A stretch of 64,000 nt of DNA from Candidatus Australimonas brisbanensis. GTDB lineage: Bacteria; Chloroflexota; Dehalococcoidia; Lucifugimonadales; Australimonadaceae. The DNA is taken from positions 18,283-82,282 of the forward strand of contig JAYQTA010000009.1 of the NCBI GenBank assembly GCA_038147155.1, given 5' to 3'. Under the pieces are notes generated by a model. It was given only the letters and a program-made list of their open reading frames with translations, was not told where the DNA came from and made no database searches. Position 1 is the first letter of the stretch, and every line of letters begins with the position of its first letter. This document shows, in pieces, positions 28,504 through 38,186 of this stretch. The translations under genes and the position numbers were made by a program.

Positions 28504-29414
28504 CGCGCGCCCAGCGCCGCCAGGGCGGTGAGCAGTTCGCCCCGGTTCACCAGCCCCTCGAAGCGCGCGGCCACGTTGCCGTCGCCGTCCACAACGAAGG
28601 TCCACGGCTCGGTGGGCAGCCCCCACTCGGTGGCCTCCGGGGCCAGCACCAGGCGGCCCTCCTCGCGGGCGAGCGAGAGCACCCACGGCTCGATGTGCAG
28701 CATGGGCACGCGTCCACCCAGCGCCTCGTATGCCGCGGCCACCTCGTCCACCACGGGCCCGCACAGCGCACTCACGCAGAAGGCCGGCGAGGCGAAGGCC
28801 ACCACGAAGGGCTCGCCCAGCGCCAGCGCACCGGCCACGGAGTGGCCGTGGAGCGGGTCCGTCTCCACCGCTCGGGAGGAGAGGTCCCGGAATGATGCGT
28901 CGGCCAGGGTCAGATTGGCCGTGGGCGGTGCGGGTGCACCGATGGCGGGGACCGTGGTGGCGTCCACCCGGAACGCGGGCGGCTCCACGCGGACGGCGCG
29001 GCCCTGGGCATTCACTGCGTCCAGATGCGCCTGGTAGGTGCCAGCCGTGGGCAGCATCACCCCGTCCGCCGTGTAGTAGCCGCGCACGTCGAAATGGGTG
29101 TGGAGCGAGCCGTCGGGATGGGGGTGCGGCGTCCCGCCCTCGGCCCGGCGCCACGTGGCCCGCGCCTCGGCCACCTGCTCCTCGCTCCCGTCCGCCAGCA
29201 GACGCACGATGCGCACCGTGACGTCGGCATCCTCCAGCAGCACGCCGTTCACGTCGGCCAGCACGAAGGGGATGCGATTGAGCCCGGGGGTGAACTGGGT
29301 GGCGGTGAGGAAGCCGGAGTAGGTGGGCGCCTGCGTGTCGCCGCAGCCAGCCAGCGCCGCGAGCAGCGCGGCGGACAGGGCCATGACGGTGGTGAGACGG
29401 CAGAGGATGCGCAT
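28500..29414 (-). CDS. Lipoprotein with C-terminal thioredoxin-like domain
   Basis: Lipobox LAGC, FASPAFCVSALCGP, WGLPTEPWTFVVD; His-rich HPHPDGSLHTH. Confidence 0.7.
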   Translation of the reverse strand: MRILCRLTTVMALSAALLAALAGCGDTQAPTYSGFLTATQFTPGLNRIPFVLADVNGVLLEDADVTVRIVRLLADGSEEQVAEARATWRRAEGGTPHPHPDGSLHTHFDVRGYYTADGVMLPTAGTYQAHLDAVNAQGRAVRVEPPAFRVDATTVPAIGAPAPPTANLTLADASFRDLSSRAVETDPLHGHSVAGALALGEPFVVAFASPAFCVSALCGPVVDEVAAAYEALGGRVPMLHIEPWVLSLAREEGRLVLAPEATEWGLPTEPWTFVVDGDGNVAARFEGLVNRGELLTALAALGAR

Positions 29415-29423
29415 GGGGTTGCG

Positions 29424-29500
29424 TGGTGGGCGGTAGAGGACTCGAACCTCTGACCTCCGCGATGTCAACGCGACGCTCTAACCAACTGAGCTAACCGCCC
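29424..29500 (-). tRNA. tRNA-Val (anticodon GAC), CCA encoded
   Basis: GGGCGGT acceptor stem, D arm GCTC/GAGC, anticodon loop TT-GAC-AT, TTCGAGT loop, 3' ACCA; 77 nt; TATACT at 29512-29517 upstream. Confidence 0.97.
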
Positions 29501-29580
29501 GCAACTCGGCCAGTATAGCGGGCGCTTGTGGTGCCCGCCTAGCGGCGGGCCCGCCACGCCCCTTTGGCCCGGCGCTTTTC

Positions 29581-29938
29581 CCGCTCGCTACGCTCGCTCG
29601 ATGGAAGGGGGGCTCCCCCTGTCCCCAGCTGCCTGCGGCAGCCTCGTTCCCGGGGACTCCCCTGCGCCCCCTCCGGGGGCTACCCCGTCTACGCGCCCTG
29701 CCGGGCGCTCAACGTGGGGCCTGCGGCCCCGCTCGCTGCGCTCGCTCATGGAAGCAGGCGCGTGGCCTGCTCGCATAGTTCGCGATAGAGAGTGGGGCTC
29801 AGCCCCAAAAGCGCCGACAAGCCTAGGAGTGTCCGGGCTAGGGGGGTGCAGTGGGGGAGTGCAACTCCCCCCGCCGGGGGTTCGGCGCGCAGCGCCCAGG
29901 GGGTGTCCCCCTTCAGACGAGCGAACGAAGTGAGCGGG
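29581..29938. repeat. Modular palindromic intergenic repeat, copy A
   Basis: 29741-29924 closely matches 56665-56846; 29643-29745 matches the reverse complement of 42227-42327; 20-nt terminal inverted repeat (17/20) at 29581-29600 / 29918-29937. Confidence 0.85.
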
Positions 29939-30096
29939 CCCCCTCGCGCGCGCACGCGTGGCGTACGCACGCGCGATGTGCTATGGTTGTGCGGATTTAA
30001 TCGCAGATATCGCTGCGCGCTGTTGGCGTGCCACCAGATATGGGGTGATTGTCCCGCTGCCCACCGCGCTGGTGGGCCTCGCTGAAAGGAGCCCGC

Positions 30097-32730
30097 ATGG
30101 TTCTCGGTTCCGGCAACATCCGCCCGGTCCGCATCGAGGAGGAGATGCGCTCGGCGTACCTGGACTACGCCATGAGCGTCATCGTCTCGCGGGCGCTGCC
30201 CGACGTGCGCGACGGCATGAAGCCCGTGCACCGGCGCATCCTCTACGCCATGCAGGGCATGGGGCTGCGCCCCGGCTCCTCCTACAAGAAGTCGGCGGCG
30301 GTGGTGGGCGAGGTGCTGGGCAAGTACCACCCCCACGGCGACTCGGCGGTGTACGACGCCCTGGTCCGCATGGCGCAGGACTTCTCCATGCGCCACCCGC
30401 TGGTGGACGGGCAGGGGAACTTCGGCTCCGTGGACGATGACCCCCCGGCAGCCATGCGCTACACCGAGGCGCGGCTGGCGGCGGTGGCCGAGCAGGTGCT
30501 GGCGGACATCGATCGCGACACGGTGGACTTCGCCGACAACTACGACGGCTCCCAGCGCGAGCCCACGGTGCTGCCGACCCGCCTGCCCAACCTGCTGATC
30601 AACGGCGCGTCGGGCATCGCGGTGGGAATGGCCACCAACATCCCTCCCCACAACCTGCGGGAGGTGGCGGCGGCCATCGCGCACCTGATTGAGAATCCCG
30701 ATGCCACCGTGGACGACCTGATGGGGTTCATCCACGGGCCGGACTTCCCCACCGCCGGCATCATCATGGGCAAGGAGGGGCTGCTCCAGGCCGCGCACAC
30801 GGGCCGGGGCAGGGTGGTGGTGCGTTCGCGCGCCAGCGTCGAGGACATGGAGCGCGGCGACCGCCAGCGCATCGTGGTCACCGAGCTGCCCTACCAGGTG
30901 AACAAGGCGAGCCTCGTGGAGAAGATCGCCACCCTCTCCAAGGAGAAGAAGATCGAGGGCATCTCCGAGGTGCGGGACGAGTCCGACCGGGAGGGTCTGC
31001 GGGTGGTGATTGAGCTCTCGCGCGGGGCCGCCCCGGACCAGGTGCTCAACAACCTGTTCAAGCACACCACGATGCAGTCCGCCTTCCACGTGAACATGGT
31101 GGCCCTGGTGGATGGCCAACCCCGCGTGCTCTCCCTGCGCGCCGCGCTGGTTGCGTTCATCGAGTTCCGCCGCAACGTGGTGCGCCGGCGCGCCGAGTAC
31201 GACCTAGGCCGCGCCCGCGAGCGCGCCCACATCCTGGAGGGGCTGCGCATCGCGCTGGAGAACCTGGACGCGGTGATCGCCCTGATCAGGGCCTCCGCGG
31301 ACACGGAGGCTGCGCGCAACGGGCTGATGCAGCAGTTCGGCCTCACGGAGACCCAGGCCCAGGCCATCCTGGAGATGCAGCTGCGCCGCCTGGCCGCCCT
31401 GGAGCGCGAGCGCATCGAGAACGAGTACCGTGACCTGATGGCCCGCATCGCGGACCTGGAGGGGCTGCTGTCGGATCCCGCGCGGGTGCTGGCGGTGGTC
31501 AAGGACGAGACGGCCGAGGTGGCCCGAGCCTTCGGCAACCCCCGGCGCACGGAGGTGTGGGAGCAGGAGGCACAGGACTTCTCCAAGGAGGAGCTGACCC
31601 CCCACGCCGACGTGGTGATCACCCTCTCGGACCGCGGCTACGTCAAGCGGCTGCCCATCGAGGCCTACCGGCTCCAGCGCCGGGGCGGCAAGGGCGTGCG
31701 CGGGCAGGAGACGCGCGAGGGTGATGCGATCCAGCAGCTGGTGGTGTGCGACACCCATGACTGGCTGCTGTTCTTCACCGACAAGGGGCGCGTGTACCGC
31801 GAGCGCGTGTTCAACGTGAAGGAGGACTCCACCCGCCAGACGCGCGGCACCCCCGTGCAGAACTACATCGCCATCAACCCGGCGGAGGAGACGGTGACGG
31901 CGGTGGTGTCCATCACGGACCTAGAGGTGGACAAGTACATCTTCATGGCCACGCGCATGGGCGAGGTCAAGCGCATGGCGCTGGCCCAGTTCGCCAACAT
32001 CCGCTCCAACGGCCTGGCCGCCTTCGACCTGGAGAAGGGCGACGCGCTGCTGGGCGCCCGCCTCGCGGATGAGTCCATGACGGCCATCATGGTCACCCGC
32101 AACGGCAAGGGCGTGCAGTTCGCGCTCACCGACGTGCCGGTGCGTCAGACGCGCGGCGCGGGCGGGGTGCGCGGCATCCGGCTGCTGGACGACGACGAGC
32201 TGGTGGGCATGGACGTGGCCAACCCCGACGACCAGCTCTTGGTGCTGACGGTGCGCGGGTTCGGCAAGCGCACACCGGTCAACCGCTTCCGCACCACGGG
32301 GCGCAACGTGCAGGGGGTGATCGCCCTCAAGATCTCTGACAAGACCGGCTCCCTGGCAGGTGCGGTGATCACCGGGCCCGACGTGGAGGAGGTGATGGTG
32401 GGTTCCTCCAAGGCCATGGTCTACCGCACGCGGCTGGAGGAGATCCGCACCCTGGGCCGCAATACCCAGGGCGTCATGGTGATGACCAAGCTGGCCGACG
32501 CCGACCGCGTCATCTCCCTCTCCGCCTTCAAGGAGCGCTCCTGGGAGGAGATCCCGCAGCTGCCGTCCCTGGCCGCAGCCCCCAAGCCCCCCGCGGGCAA
32601 GCGGGGGAAGAGCGCCGCCGCACCGCCACCGCCCGCACCGGCCCCGCAGCTGGCGCTGGGCCTCGATGACCAGGAGCCGGACGAGCCGGACGCCGAGGAC
32701 GCCGCAGATGAGGAAGAGGAGGACGAGTAG
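30097..32730 (+). CDS. gyrA: DNA gyrase subunit A
   Basis: [29 protein letters not shown], GyrA-box QRRGGKG, acidic tail; ATG 30097 after AAAGGAG. Confidence 0.97.
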   Translation: MVLGSGNIRPVRIEEEMRSAYLDYAMSVIVSRALPDVRDGMKPVHRRILYAMQGMGLRPGSSYKKSAAVVGEVLGKYHPHGDSAVYDALVRMAQDFSMRHPLVDGQGNFGSVDDDPPAAMRYTEARLAAVAEQVLADIDRDTVDFADNYDGSQREPTVLPTRLPNLLINGASGIAVGMATNIPPHNLREVAAAIAHLIENPDATVDDLMGFIHGPDFPTAGIIMGKEGLLQAAHTGRGRVVVRSRASVEDMERGDRQRIVVTELPYQVNKASLVEKIATLSKEKKIEGISEVRDESDREGLRVVIELSRGAAPDQVLNNLFKHTTMQSAFHVNMVALVDGQPRVLSLRAALVAFIEFRRNVVRRRAEYDLGRARERAHILEGLRIALENLDAVIALIRASADTEAARNGLMQQFGLTETQAQAILEMQLRRLAALERERIENEYRDLMARIADLEGLLSDPARVLAVVKDETAEVARAFGNPRRTEVWEQEAQDFSKEELTPHADVVITLSDRGYVKRLPIEAYRLQRRGGKGVRGQETREGDAIQQLVVCDTHDWLLFFTDKGRVYRERVFNVKEDSTRQTRGTPVQNYIAINPAEETVTAVVSITDLEVDKYIFMATRMGEVKRMALAQFANIRSNGLAAFDLEKGDALLGARLADESMTAIMVTRNGKGVQFALTDVPVRQTRGAGGVRGIRLLDDDELVGMDVANPDDQLLVLTVRGFGKRTPVNRFRTTGRNVQGVIALKISDKTGSLAGAVITGPDVEEVMVGSSKAMVYRTRLEEIRTLGRNTQGVMVMTKLADADRVISLSAFKERSWEEIPQLPSLAAAPKPPAGKRGKSAAAPPPPAPAPQLALGLDDQEPDEPDAEDAADEEEEDE

Positions 32731-32795
32731 GCGTCCTGGCCCCCCACCCCTTGTCAGCAACGGGCTGGGGCGGCTAAAATCCCCTGGTTGTGAGC

Positions 32796-33161
32796 ATGAA
32801 CTACGCAATCATCGAAACCGGCGGAAAGCAGTACCGGGTCCAGCCCGGTCAGACCATCACCGTGGAGAAGCTCCCCGGCGAGGTGGGCAGCACGGTCGAA
32901 CTCGACCGTGTGCTCCTCCTGGCCCAGGACGGCGCGGCCACCGTTGGCACCCCCACCGTTGAGGGGGCCAAGGTCGTGGCCGAGGTGGCCGAGCAGGGGC
33001 GCGGCGATAAGGTGATCGTCTTCAAGTACAAGCCCAAGGTGCGCTACCAGGTGAAGCAGGGCCACCGCCAGTGGCTGACGAAGCTCTCCATCAAGGAGAT
33101 CGTCGGTTCCGGCGCGGGGGCGGCTCCCAAGCGCACGCGGAGCAAGAGCAGTGGCGCATAA
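32796..33161 (+). CDS. rplU: 50S ribosomal protein L21
   Basis: [22 protein letters not shown]; C-terminal extension overlaps the rpmA start. Confidence 0.96.
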   Translation: MNYAIIETGGKQYRVQPGQTITVEKLPGEVGSTVELDRVLLLAQDGAATVGTPTVEGAKVVAEVAEQGRGDKVIVFKYKPKVRYQVKQGHRQWLTKLSIKEIVGSGAGAAPKRTRSKSSGA

Positions 33162-33411
33162 GAAGGCAGGCGGTTCCAGCCGCAACGGACGCGACTCCAA
33201 GAGCAAGCGCCTCGGCGTGAAGCGCTTCGGGGGTGAGCAGGTGCGCGCGGGGACCATCATCCTGCGTCAGCGCGGCACCCAGTTCTTCCCGGGCCTGAAC
33301 GTGGGCATGGGGCGCGACCACACGCTGTACGCACTGGTGGATGGTGAGGTCAAGTTCGACCACGCCACCAAGCTGCGCAAGCGGGCCAACATCGTCCCCG
33401 CCACGGCCTAG
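33151..33411 (+). CDS. rpmA: 50S ribosomal protein L27
   Basis: [20 protein letters not shown]. Confidence 0.97.
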   Translation: MAHKKAGGSSRNGRDSKSKRLGVKRFGGEQVRAGTIILRQRGTQFFPGLNVGMGRDHTLYALVDGEVKFDHATKLRKRANIVPATA

Positions 33412-33485
33412 CAGCACCGTTCTCCAGGGCCCGGGCATCATACTGGCACGGGCCTTGCTCGTTCCCAAGGCACAGGAGCAGCACG

Positions 33486-33689
33486 ATGAAGACCGGGATC
33501 CACCCCACCTACTACGAGGAAGCGCAGGTTACCTGCTCGTGCGGGAACACATTCACCACGGGTGCCACCACCCCCACCATCAAGGTGGAGATTTGCGGCG
33601 CCTGCCACCCCTTCTACACCGGTGAGCAGCGCATCGTGGACACCGAGGGTCGGGTGGAGCGCCTGAAGCGCCGCTTCAACCTCCAGTAG
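33486..33689 (+). CDS. rpmE: 50S ribosomal protein L31 (Zn-binding type)
   Basis: [21 protein letters not shown]. Confidence 0.97.
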   Translation: MKTGIHPTYYEEAQVTCSCGNTFTTGATTPTIKVEICGACHPFYTGEQRIVDTEGRVERLKRRFNLQ

Positions 33690-33712
33690 CCCCCTTTCGG
33701 GCGGGAGTCCCC

Positions 33713-34606
33713 GTGTCCCAACAGCGGTTCGTGTACGGCGGTCAGGCGGTCATCGAGGGTGTGATGATCCGCGGGCGCAGCGCGTACACCGTCGCCGCGC
33801 GCCACCCCGACGGCTCCATCCGCACCATCCGCCGCCCCGTGCCCACCTGGAGCACCGGGCGCTGGCGGCGCGTGCCCTTCGTGCGCGGCGTGCTGGTGCT
33901 TGCCGAGTCGCTGGTGGTGGGCATGCGCGCCCTCACCTACTCGGCCCAGGTGGCCGCGGGTGAGGAGGAGGACGAGCAGCCCATCCCCGCCTGGGCCCTG
34001 GCGCTGACCATGGCGGCCTCCCTGGGGTTGGGCGTCGGTCTCTTCTTCGTCCTGCCCCTGGTGCTCACCCACTACGGCGTGGATCGGTTCACCGGCAACT
34101 CCATCCTCTCCAACCTGGGGGAGGGGGTGCTGCGCTTGGGCATCTTCTTCGCCTACCTGGGCCTGGTGGGGCTGATGCCATCCATCCGCCGGGTGTTCGG
34201 CTACCATGCCGCTGAGCACATGGCCGTCCATACCAACGAGCATGCGCTGGACCTGGAACCGGACAACCTGCGCCGGTTCCCCGCCGCGCACCCGCGCTGC
34301 GGCACGGCCTTCCTGCTCACGGTGATGCTGGTGAGCATCGTGGTCTTCGCGCTGCTGGGTACGCCGGACCTCCCCCTGCGCATCGCATCGCGCATCGTCC
34401 TGGTGCCGGTGATCGCCGGCATCTCCTACGAGGTGATCCGCTTCAACGCGGCGCACTCCGGCAATTGGCTGGTGCGTGCGGGGACCATCCCCTCGCTGGC
34501 GCTCCAGGCCCTCACCACCCGCAAGCCGGACGATGGGCAGATCGAGGTGGCCATCGCCGCCATGAACGCGGCCATCGCCGCCGATGAGGCCCCCGAGGCC
34601 GCCTAG
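33713..34606 (+). CDS. DUF1385 membrane protein
   Basis: YGGQAVIEGVMIR, YHAAEH, HPRCGTAF, LTTRKPDD; usual neighbour of rpmE. Confidence 0.9.
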   Translation: MSQQRFVYGGQAVIEGVMIRGRSAYTVAARHPDGSIRTIRRPVPTWSTGRWRRVPFVRGVLVLAESLVVGMRALTYSAQVAAGEEEDEQPIPAWALALTMAASLGLGVGLFFVLPLVLTHYGVDRFTGNSILSNLGEGVLRLGIFFAYLGLVGLMPSIRRVFGYHAAEHMAVHTNEHALDLEPDNLRRFPAAHPRCGTAFLLTVMLVSIVVFALLGTPDLPLRIASRIVLVPVIAGISYEVIRFNAAHSGNWLVRAGTIPSLALQALTTRKPDDGQIEVAIAAMNAAIAADEAPEAA

Positions 34607-34658
34607 GCGCACCGCCTGCACGCGCGGGCGCATCTCAAGACCAGTGAGGTGAGCCCCT

Positions 34659-35093
34659 ATGTCCAACGCCGGCGTCCCACTGAACCGTGTGTCCGTGGAG
34701 TGCCTCACGGGGTTGGCCGCCCGCGCCTCTGCCCGCGGTCACGTGGTGGTGGCCGACGAACCCCCCTCGGCAGGGGGCGCCGATGAGGGCATGCGCCCCT
34801 CTGAGCTGCTCCTCTCCTCACTGGGCGGCTGAATCGCCATCACGCTCCGGCTGTACGCCGGGAGGAAGGACTGGGCGCTGCGCGAGGTGCGGGTGGAACT
34901 GGCCCACCGCAAGGTGGAGGCGGAAGGTGGCTCGCCGGTGGACGAGATCGACGTCGAGGTCACCGTCACCGGCGACCTCGACGCCGCGCAACTCGAACGC
35001 CTGGAGCAGATATCCGGCCGCTGCCCCGTGGCCCGCACCCTCAAGGGTGGAGGGCTGCGCATCAGCGAGCGCCTCACCCACCTCCCGGCCTAG
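34659..35093 (+). CDS. OsmC/Ohr-family protein, probable selenoprotein (TGA codon 58 = Sec)
   Basis: One frame ATG 34659 to TAG 35093: ADEPPSAGGADEGMRPSELLLSSLGG[TGA]IAITLRLYAGRKDW ... RCPVARTL; TGA at 34830-34832 occupies the first catalytic Cys position. Confidence 0.85.
34845..34864 (+). promoter_or_regulatory. Candidate bacterial SECIS hairpin
   Basis: CTCCGGC-TGTAC-GCCGGGAG: 7-bp stem with one bulged G, GU in a 5-nt apical loop beginning 19 nt after the UGA. Confidence 0.7.
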
Positions 35094-35998
35094 CGCACGT
35101 TCACGCTGGCCGCCCCCACGCTGATGGACAGGTCCACCCGGTCCTGCGCCGTGGCGTAGTCCGCCGACTCCCACACGTCCCCGGACTTGGGGAAGCGCTC
35201 CGCGTCCACGCTTACTGACGAGAGCCCCGACGATGCCCTGATGCGCGCCGCCACCCCCACCGGGATGATAAGGGTGATGTCCGCCGCGCCGCCGCTCACG
35301 CTGGCGCTGAGGCGCCCGTAGGCGGGCAGCGTGATGCTCACGTCCGCCGCACCAACGATGACGGAGAGGCTCTCGATGGACAGCGCGGACAGGTCCACGT
35401 CAGCGTCCGCCGCGCCGATGTCCAGGTCCATCGCCATGGGGATGCCGCGCGCCAGGGCGATGTCCCAGTTCGCGTCGTTCTCACCCCAGCCGAAGGGCAG
35501 GTCGAGGAGGCCACCCTCGCCGGGCGCGTAGCGCAGGGTGGCCGTCCCGCCGGTGCGCTCTACCGCGGCGATGGGGTCCTTGCCGGGCATCACCTGGGTA
35601 GACTCGGCCAGCAGGCGTGAGTCCTCGGGAAGGGCGTTCAGGCGCAGCGAGCCCGCGCCGAAGTCCACCTCCACGTCCATGTGCGAGACGGGCACGATGC
35701 CCAGCGGCTCGTTCACGTAGAGGGTGCACATGCCCGCGTGGGTGGGGCCGATGAGCGCGGCGAGAGCGATGGCCCCGGCCAGCAGCGCCGCCACGATGGC
35801 TCCCGCCACCAGGGGCGCGCGCCGCCCCAGCACCAACTGCACGCCGGCGATGATGATCAGCACTGGCCACAGGCGCTAGAGTGCGCCCCACACGCCCCAG
35901 GCCACCACGCCGGTGGTCTGGAGCAGCAGCAGCGCACCCAGGGCCACCAGCACCAGGCCGCCGATGGGGATGCGTGAACGCCTGGGTTCCTTGTTCAT
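35090..35998 (-). pseudogene. LiaF/DUF5668-type membrane protein with C-terminal beta-repeat (DUF2154-like) domain; one in-frame TAG as sequenced
   Basis: ATG 35998 MNKEPRRSRIPIGGLVLVALGALLLL...GAL[TAG 35876-35878]RLWPVLIIIAG; C-terminal repeats LDIGAADADVDL, VSGGAADITL. Confidence 0.8.
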
Positions 35999-36462
35999 CG
36001 CTTGCCTCCGCGCATCTGGCGGCCGGCGATGATGAACACGCCCACGCCGATGATGACCAACGGCCAGAACACGTCCCAGCGCCACCAGAAGAAGACGTTG
36101 AAGTTGGAGGCGAGCAGCACCGCCCCCACCAGCACCAGCACCAGTCCGGCGGCCATGCGGCGGCGCTCGCGCATCGCACCGCGGCGCTCCTTGTCCTCAG
36201 GGGTCGGCGCGCTGGCGGGGCTTGCATCCTTCGCCATCGGGTCATCAGGCATGCCGGAGACCAACGGGTCGGCGGTCTTGGGCGCCTCGGGCAGGGCGAT
36301 GGCCAGGATGATCTAAGCGATGATGCCCACCCCGGAGGCGAGGGTCAGGGCGGCGAAGACCACCCGCACCAGCACCGGGTCCACCTCGAAGTACTCGGCG
36401 AGTCCGCCACAGACCCCCCAGATCACCTTCTCCTTGGAGCTCTTATGCAGCCGTTGTTCCAT
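35995..36462 (-). pseudogene. pspC: PspC-domain protein with C-terminal TM hairpin; one in-frame TAG as sequenced
   Basis: [34 protein letters not shown]...GIIA[TAG 36313-36315]IILAIALP; frame runs on to TGA overlapping the next ATG (ATGA). Confidence 0.85.
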
Positions 36463-36658
36463 GGGTGCCTCCCCGGCGTGGTGTTGGGCCCATCTTTCAG
36501 CGTGCACGCTAGGGGCCATGCGTGCGGCGGACGTGTACCCATTACCATCGGACGTGGAAGGGGCGTGAACGGTTCCCGTCGGCCGAGGGGTGTGGGAGGA
36601 GGGACCGTGCGGTGGTAGGCTTGCGCCGCTGGAGTCAGCGGGCACAGGGAGGTGACGC

Positions 36659-36868
36659 GTGGGGTGCATGGCCATCTTCGCCATCCCCTCGGCGGGGGTG
36701 AGCTTCTTCTTCAGCGCGTGGGTGCTGATGCTCTTCGCCGGGGTCATCAACCCGTGGCTGGGCCTCAAGACGGTGAGCTACGTGGAGGCGATGGTCATCA
36801 CCATCGCGCTGTGGATCGTGGTGGCCCCGCTGGTGGCCGCCGTGGCCGGTAGCCGCAGGCGCCGCTAG
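36659..36868 (+). CDS. Small two-TM hypothetical protein
   Basis: 69 aa hydrophobic with basic tail RRRR; GGAGG upstream. Confidence 0.6.
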   Translation: MGCMAIFAIPSAGVSFFFSAWVLMLFAGVINPWLGLKTVSYVEAMVITIALWIVVAPLVAAVAGSRRRR

Positions 36869-36887
36869 GGCGCCGAGGAGGGCAGGG

Positions 36888-38186
36888 ATGCTGACCGCAG
36901 AGCAGAACGAGCGCCTGAGCCGGGTGGGGCCGGGCACCCCCATGGGAGAGCTGCTGCGCCGCTATTGGCACCCCATCTCCACCACCGGGGAGCTGGCCGA
37001 GAACCCCGTGCGCCCCGTGCGGGTGCTGGGCGAGTCGCTCACCCTCTACCAGGACACCCGCGGGCGGCTGGGGCTCATCGCCCAGCGCTGCCCGCATCGG
37101 CGCGTGGACCTGAAGTGGGGGATACCCACCGATGACGGCCTGCGCTGCCCCTACCACGGCTGGACCTTTGACGAGTCCGGCGCCTGCACCCTCCAGCCAG
37201 CGGAGCCGGAGAGCTCGCGCTTCAGGGACAAGGTGCGGGTGAGCGCCTACCCGGTGGCGGAGCTGGGCGGGCTGATCTGGGCCTACCTTGGCCCCGCGCC
37301 AGCCCCGCTGCTGCCGGCCTGGCGCCCCTTCACCGTGGAGGGGGCGCTGCGCCACGTGGCGGTGACGACCATCCCGTGCAACTGGCTCCAGTGCGTGGAG
37401 AACGCTCTGGACCCGGTGCACGCCGAGCACCTGCACGGCTGGTTCTGGGAGTACCTGTCGGCCCGGCGCGGGGAGTGGTCGGAGGCGCTGGGCGCCACGT
37501 TCGAGCGGCTCAAGCGCCCGCACTCGCGCATCGCCTTCGAGCCCACGGCCCACGGCATCAACAAGCGGCGCATCCTCCAGGGACAGGACGAGCACGCCCC
37601 CGATTGGGAGCACGGGCACCCCTTCGTGTTCCCCACCGCCGTCACCCTGGGCACCTCGGGCCTCTACCAGATCGAGATCCGCACCCCCATGGACGATGAG
37701 ACCACCTGGTCCATCATCTACCAGGCCTGGGTGCCGGGGCACGGCGTGGCGATCCCGGAGCAGCCGCACCTGGTCACCTTCGAGGCCCCGCTGGAGGAAC
37801 TGCCCTCGTACATCGCAGGGCAGGACATGGTGGTCTGGCGCGACCAGGGGGCCATCGCCGACCGCACCGAGGAGATGCTGGGTGAGTCGGACCGGGGCAT
37901 CATCCTCTTCCGTCGCATGCTGGAGGAGCAGATGGCACGCGTGGAGCGGGGCGAGGAGCCGATGAATGTGTTCCGGGGCCCCGACCCGCATCCCGCGCTG
38001 CCGCAGGCCTCCGAGGAGTACGGGCCGGTGAAGGGGTACGTGCCGGGCGCCGCCCGCCTGCGGACGGCGGGGCCCTTCAGCCCGCTCATGGATACCATCG
38101 ACGAGGTGCTCATCGCGGGAAGCCGCGCCGCGGAGGAGGCTGGTGTGCGGGAACGCGAGCGGGTGAAGGGGAGCCTGGACTACTAG
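36888..38186 (+). CDS. Rieske non-heme iron oxygenase alpha subunit (phthalate 4,5-dioxygenase/LigX-like group)
   Basis: GPGTPMGELLRRYW, CPHR...CPYHGW, ENALDPVHAEHLH, LGESDRGIILFRR. Confidence 0.9.
   Translation: MLTAEQNERLSRVGPGTPMGELLRRYWHPISTTGELAENPVRPVRVLGESLTLYQDTRGRLGLIAQRCPHRRVDLKWGIPTDDGLRCPYHGWTFDESGACTLQPAEPESSRFRDKVRVSAYPVAELGGLIWAYLGPAPAPLLPAWRPFTVEGALRHVAVTTIPCNWLQCVENALDPVHAEHLHGWFWEYLSARRGEWSEALGATFERLKRPHSRIAFEPTAHGINKRRILQGQDEHAPDWEHGHPFVFPTAVTLGTSGLYQIEIRTPMDDETTWSIIYQAWVPGHGVAIPEQPHLVTFEAPLEELPSYIAGQDMVVWRDQGAIADRTEEMLGESDRGIILFRRMLEEQMARVERGEEPMNVFRGPDPHPALPQASEEYGPVKGYVPGAARLRTAGPFSPLMDTIDEVLIAGSRAAEEAGVRERERVKGSLDY

Noticed and set aside
29424-29940. Integrative element or prophage at tRNA-Val
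   Set aside because: No integrase, no duplicated tRNA 3' end and no phage genes; the repeat lies on the tRNA 5' side
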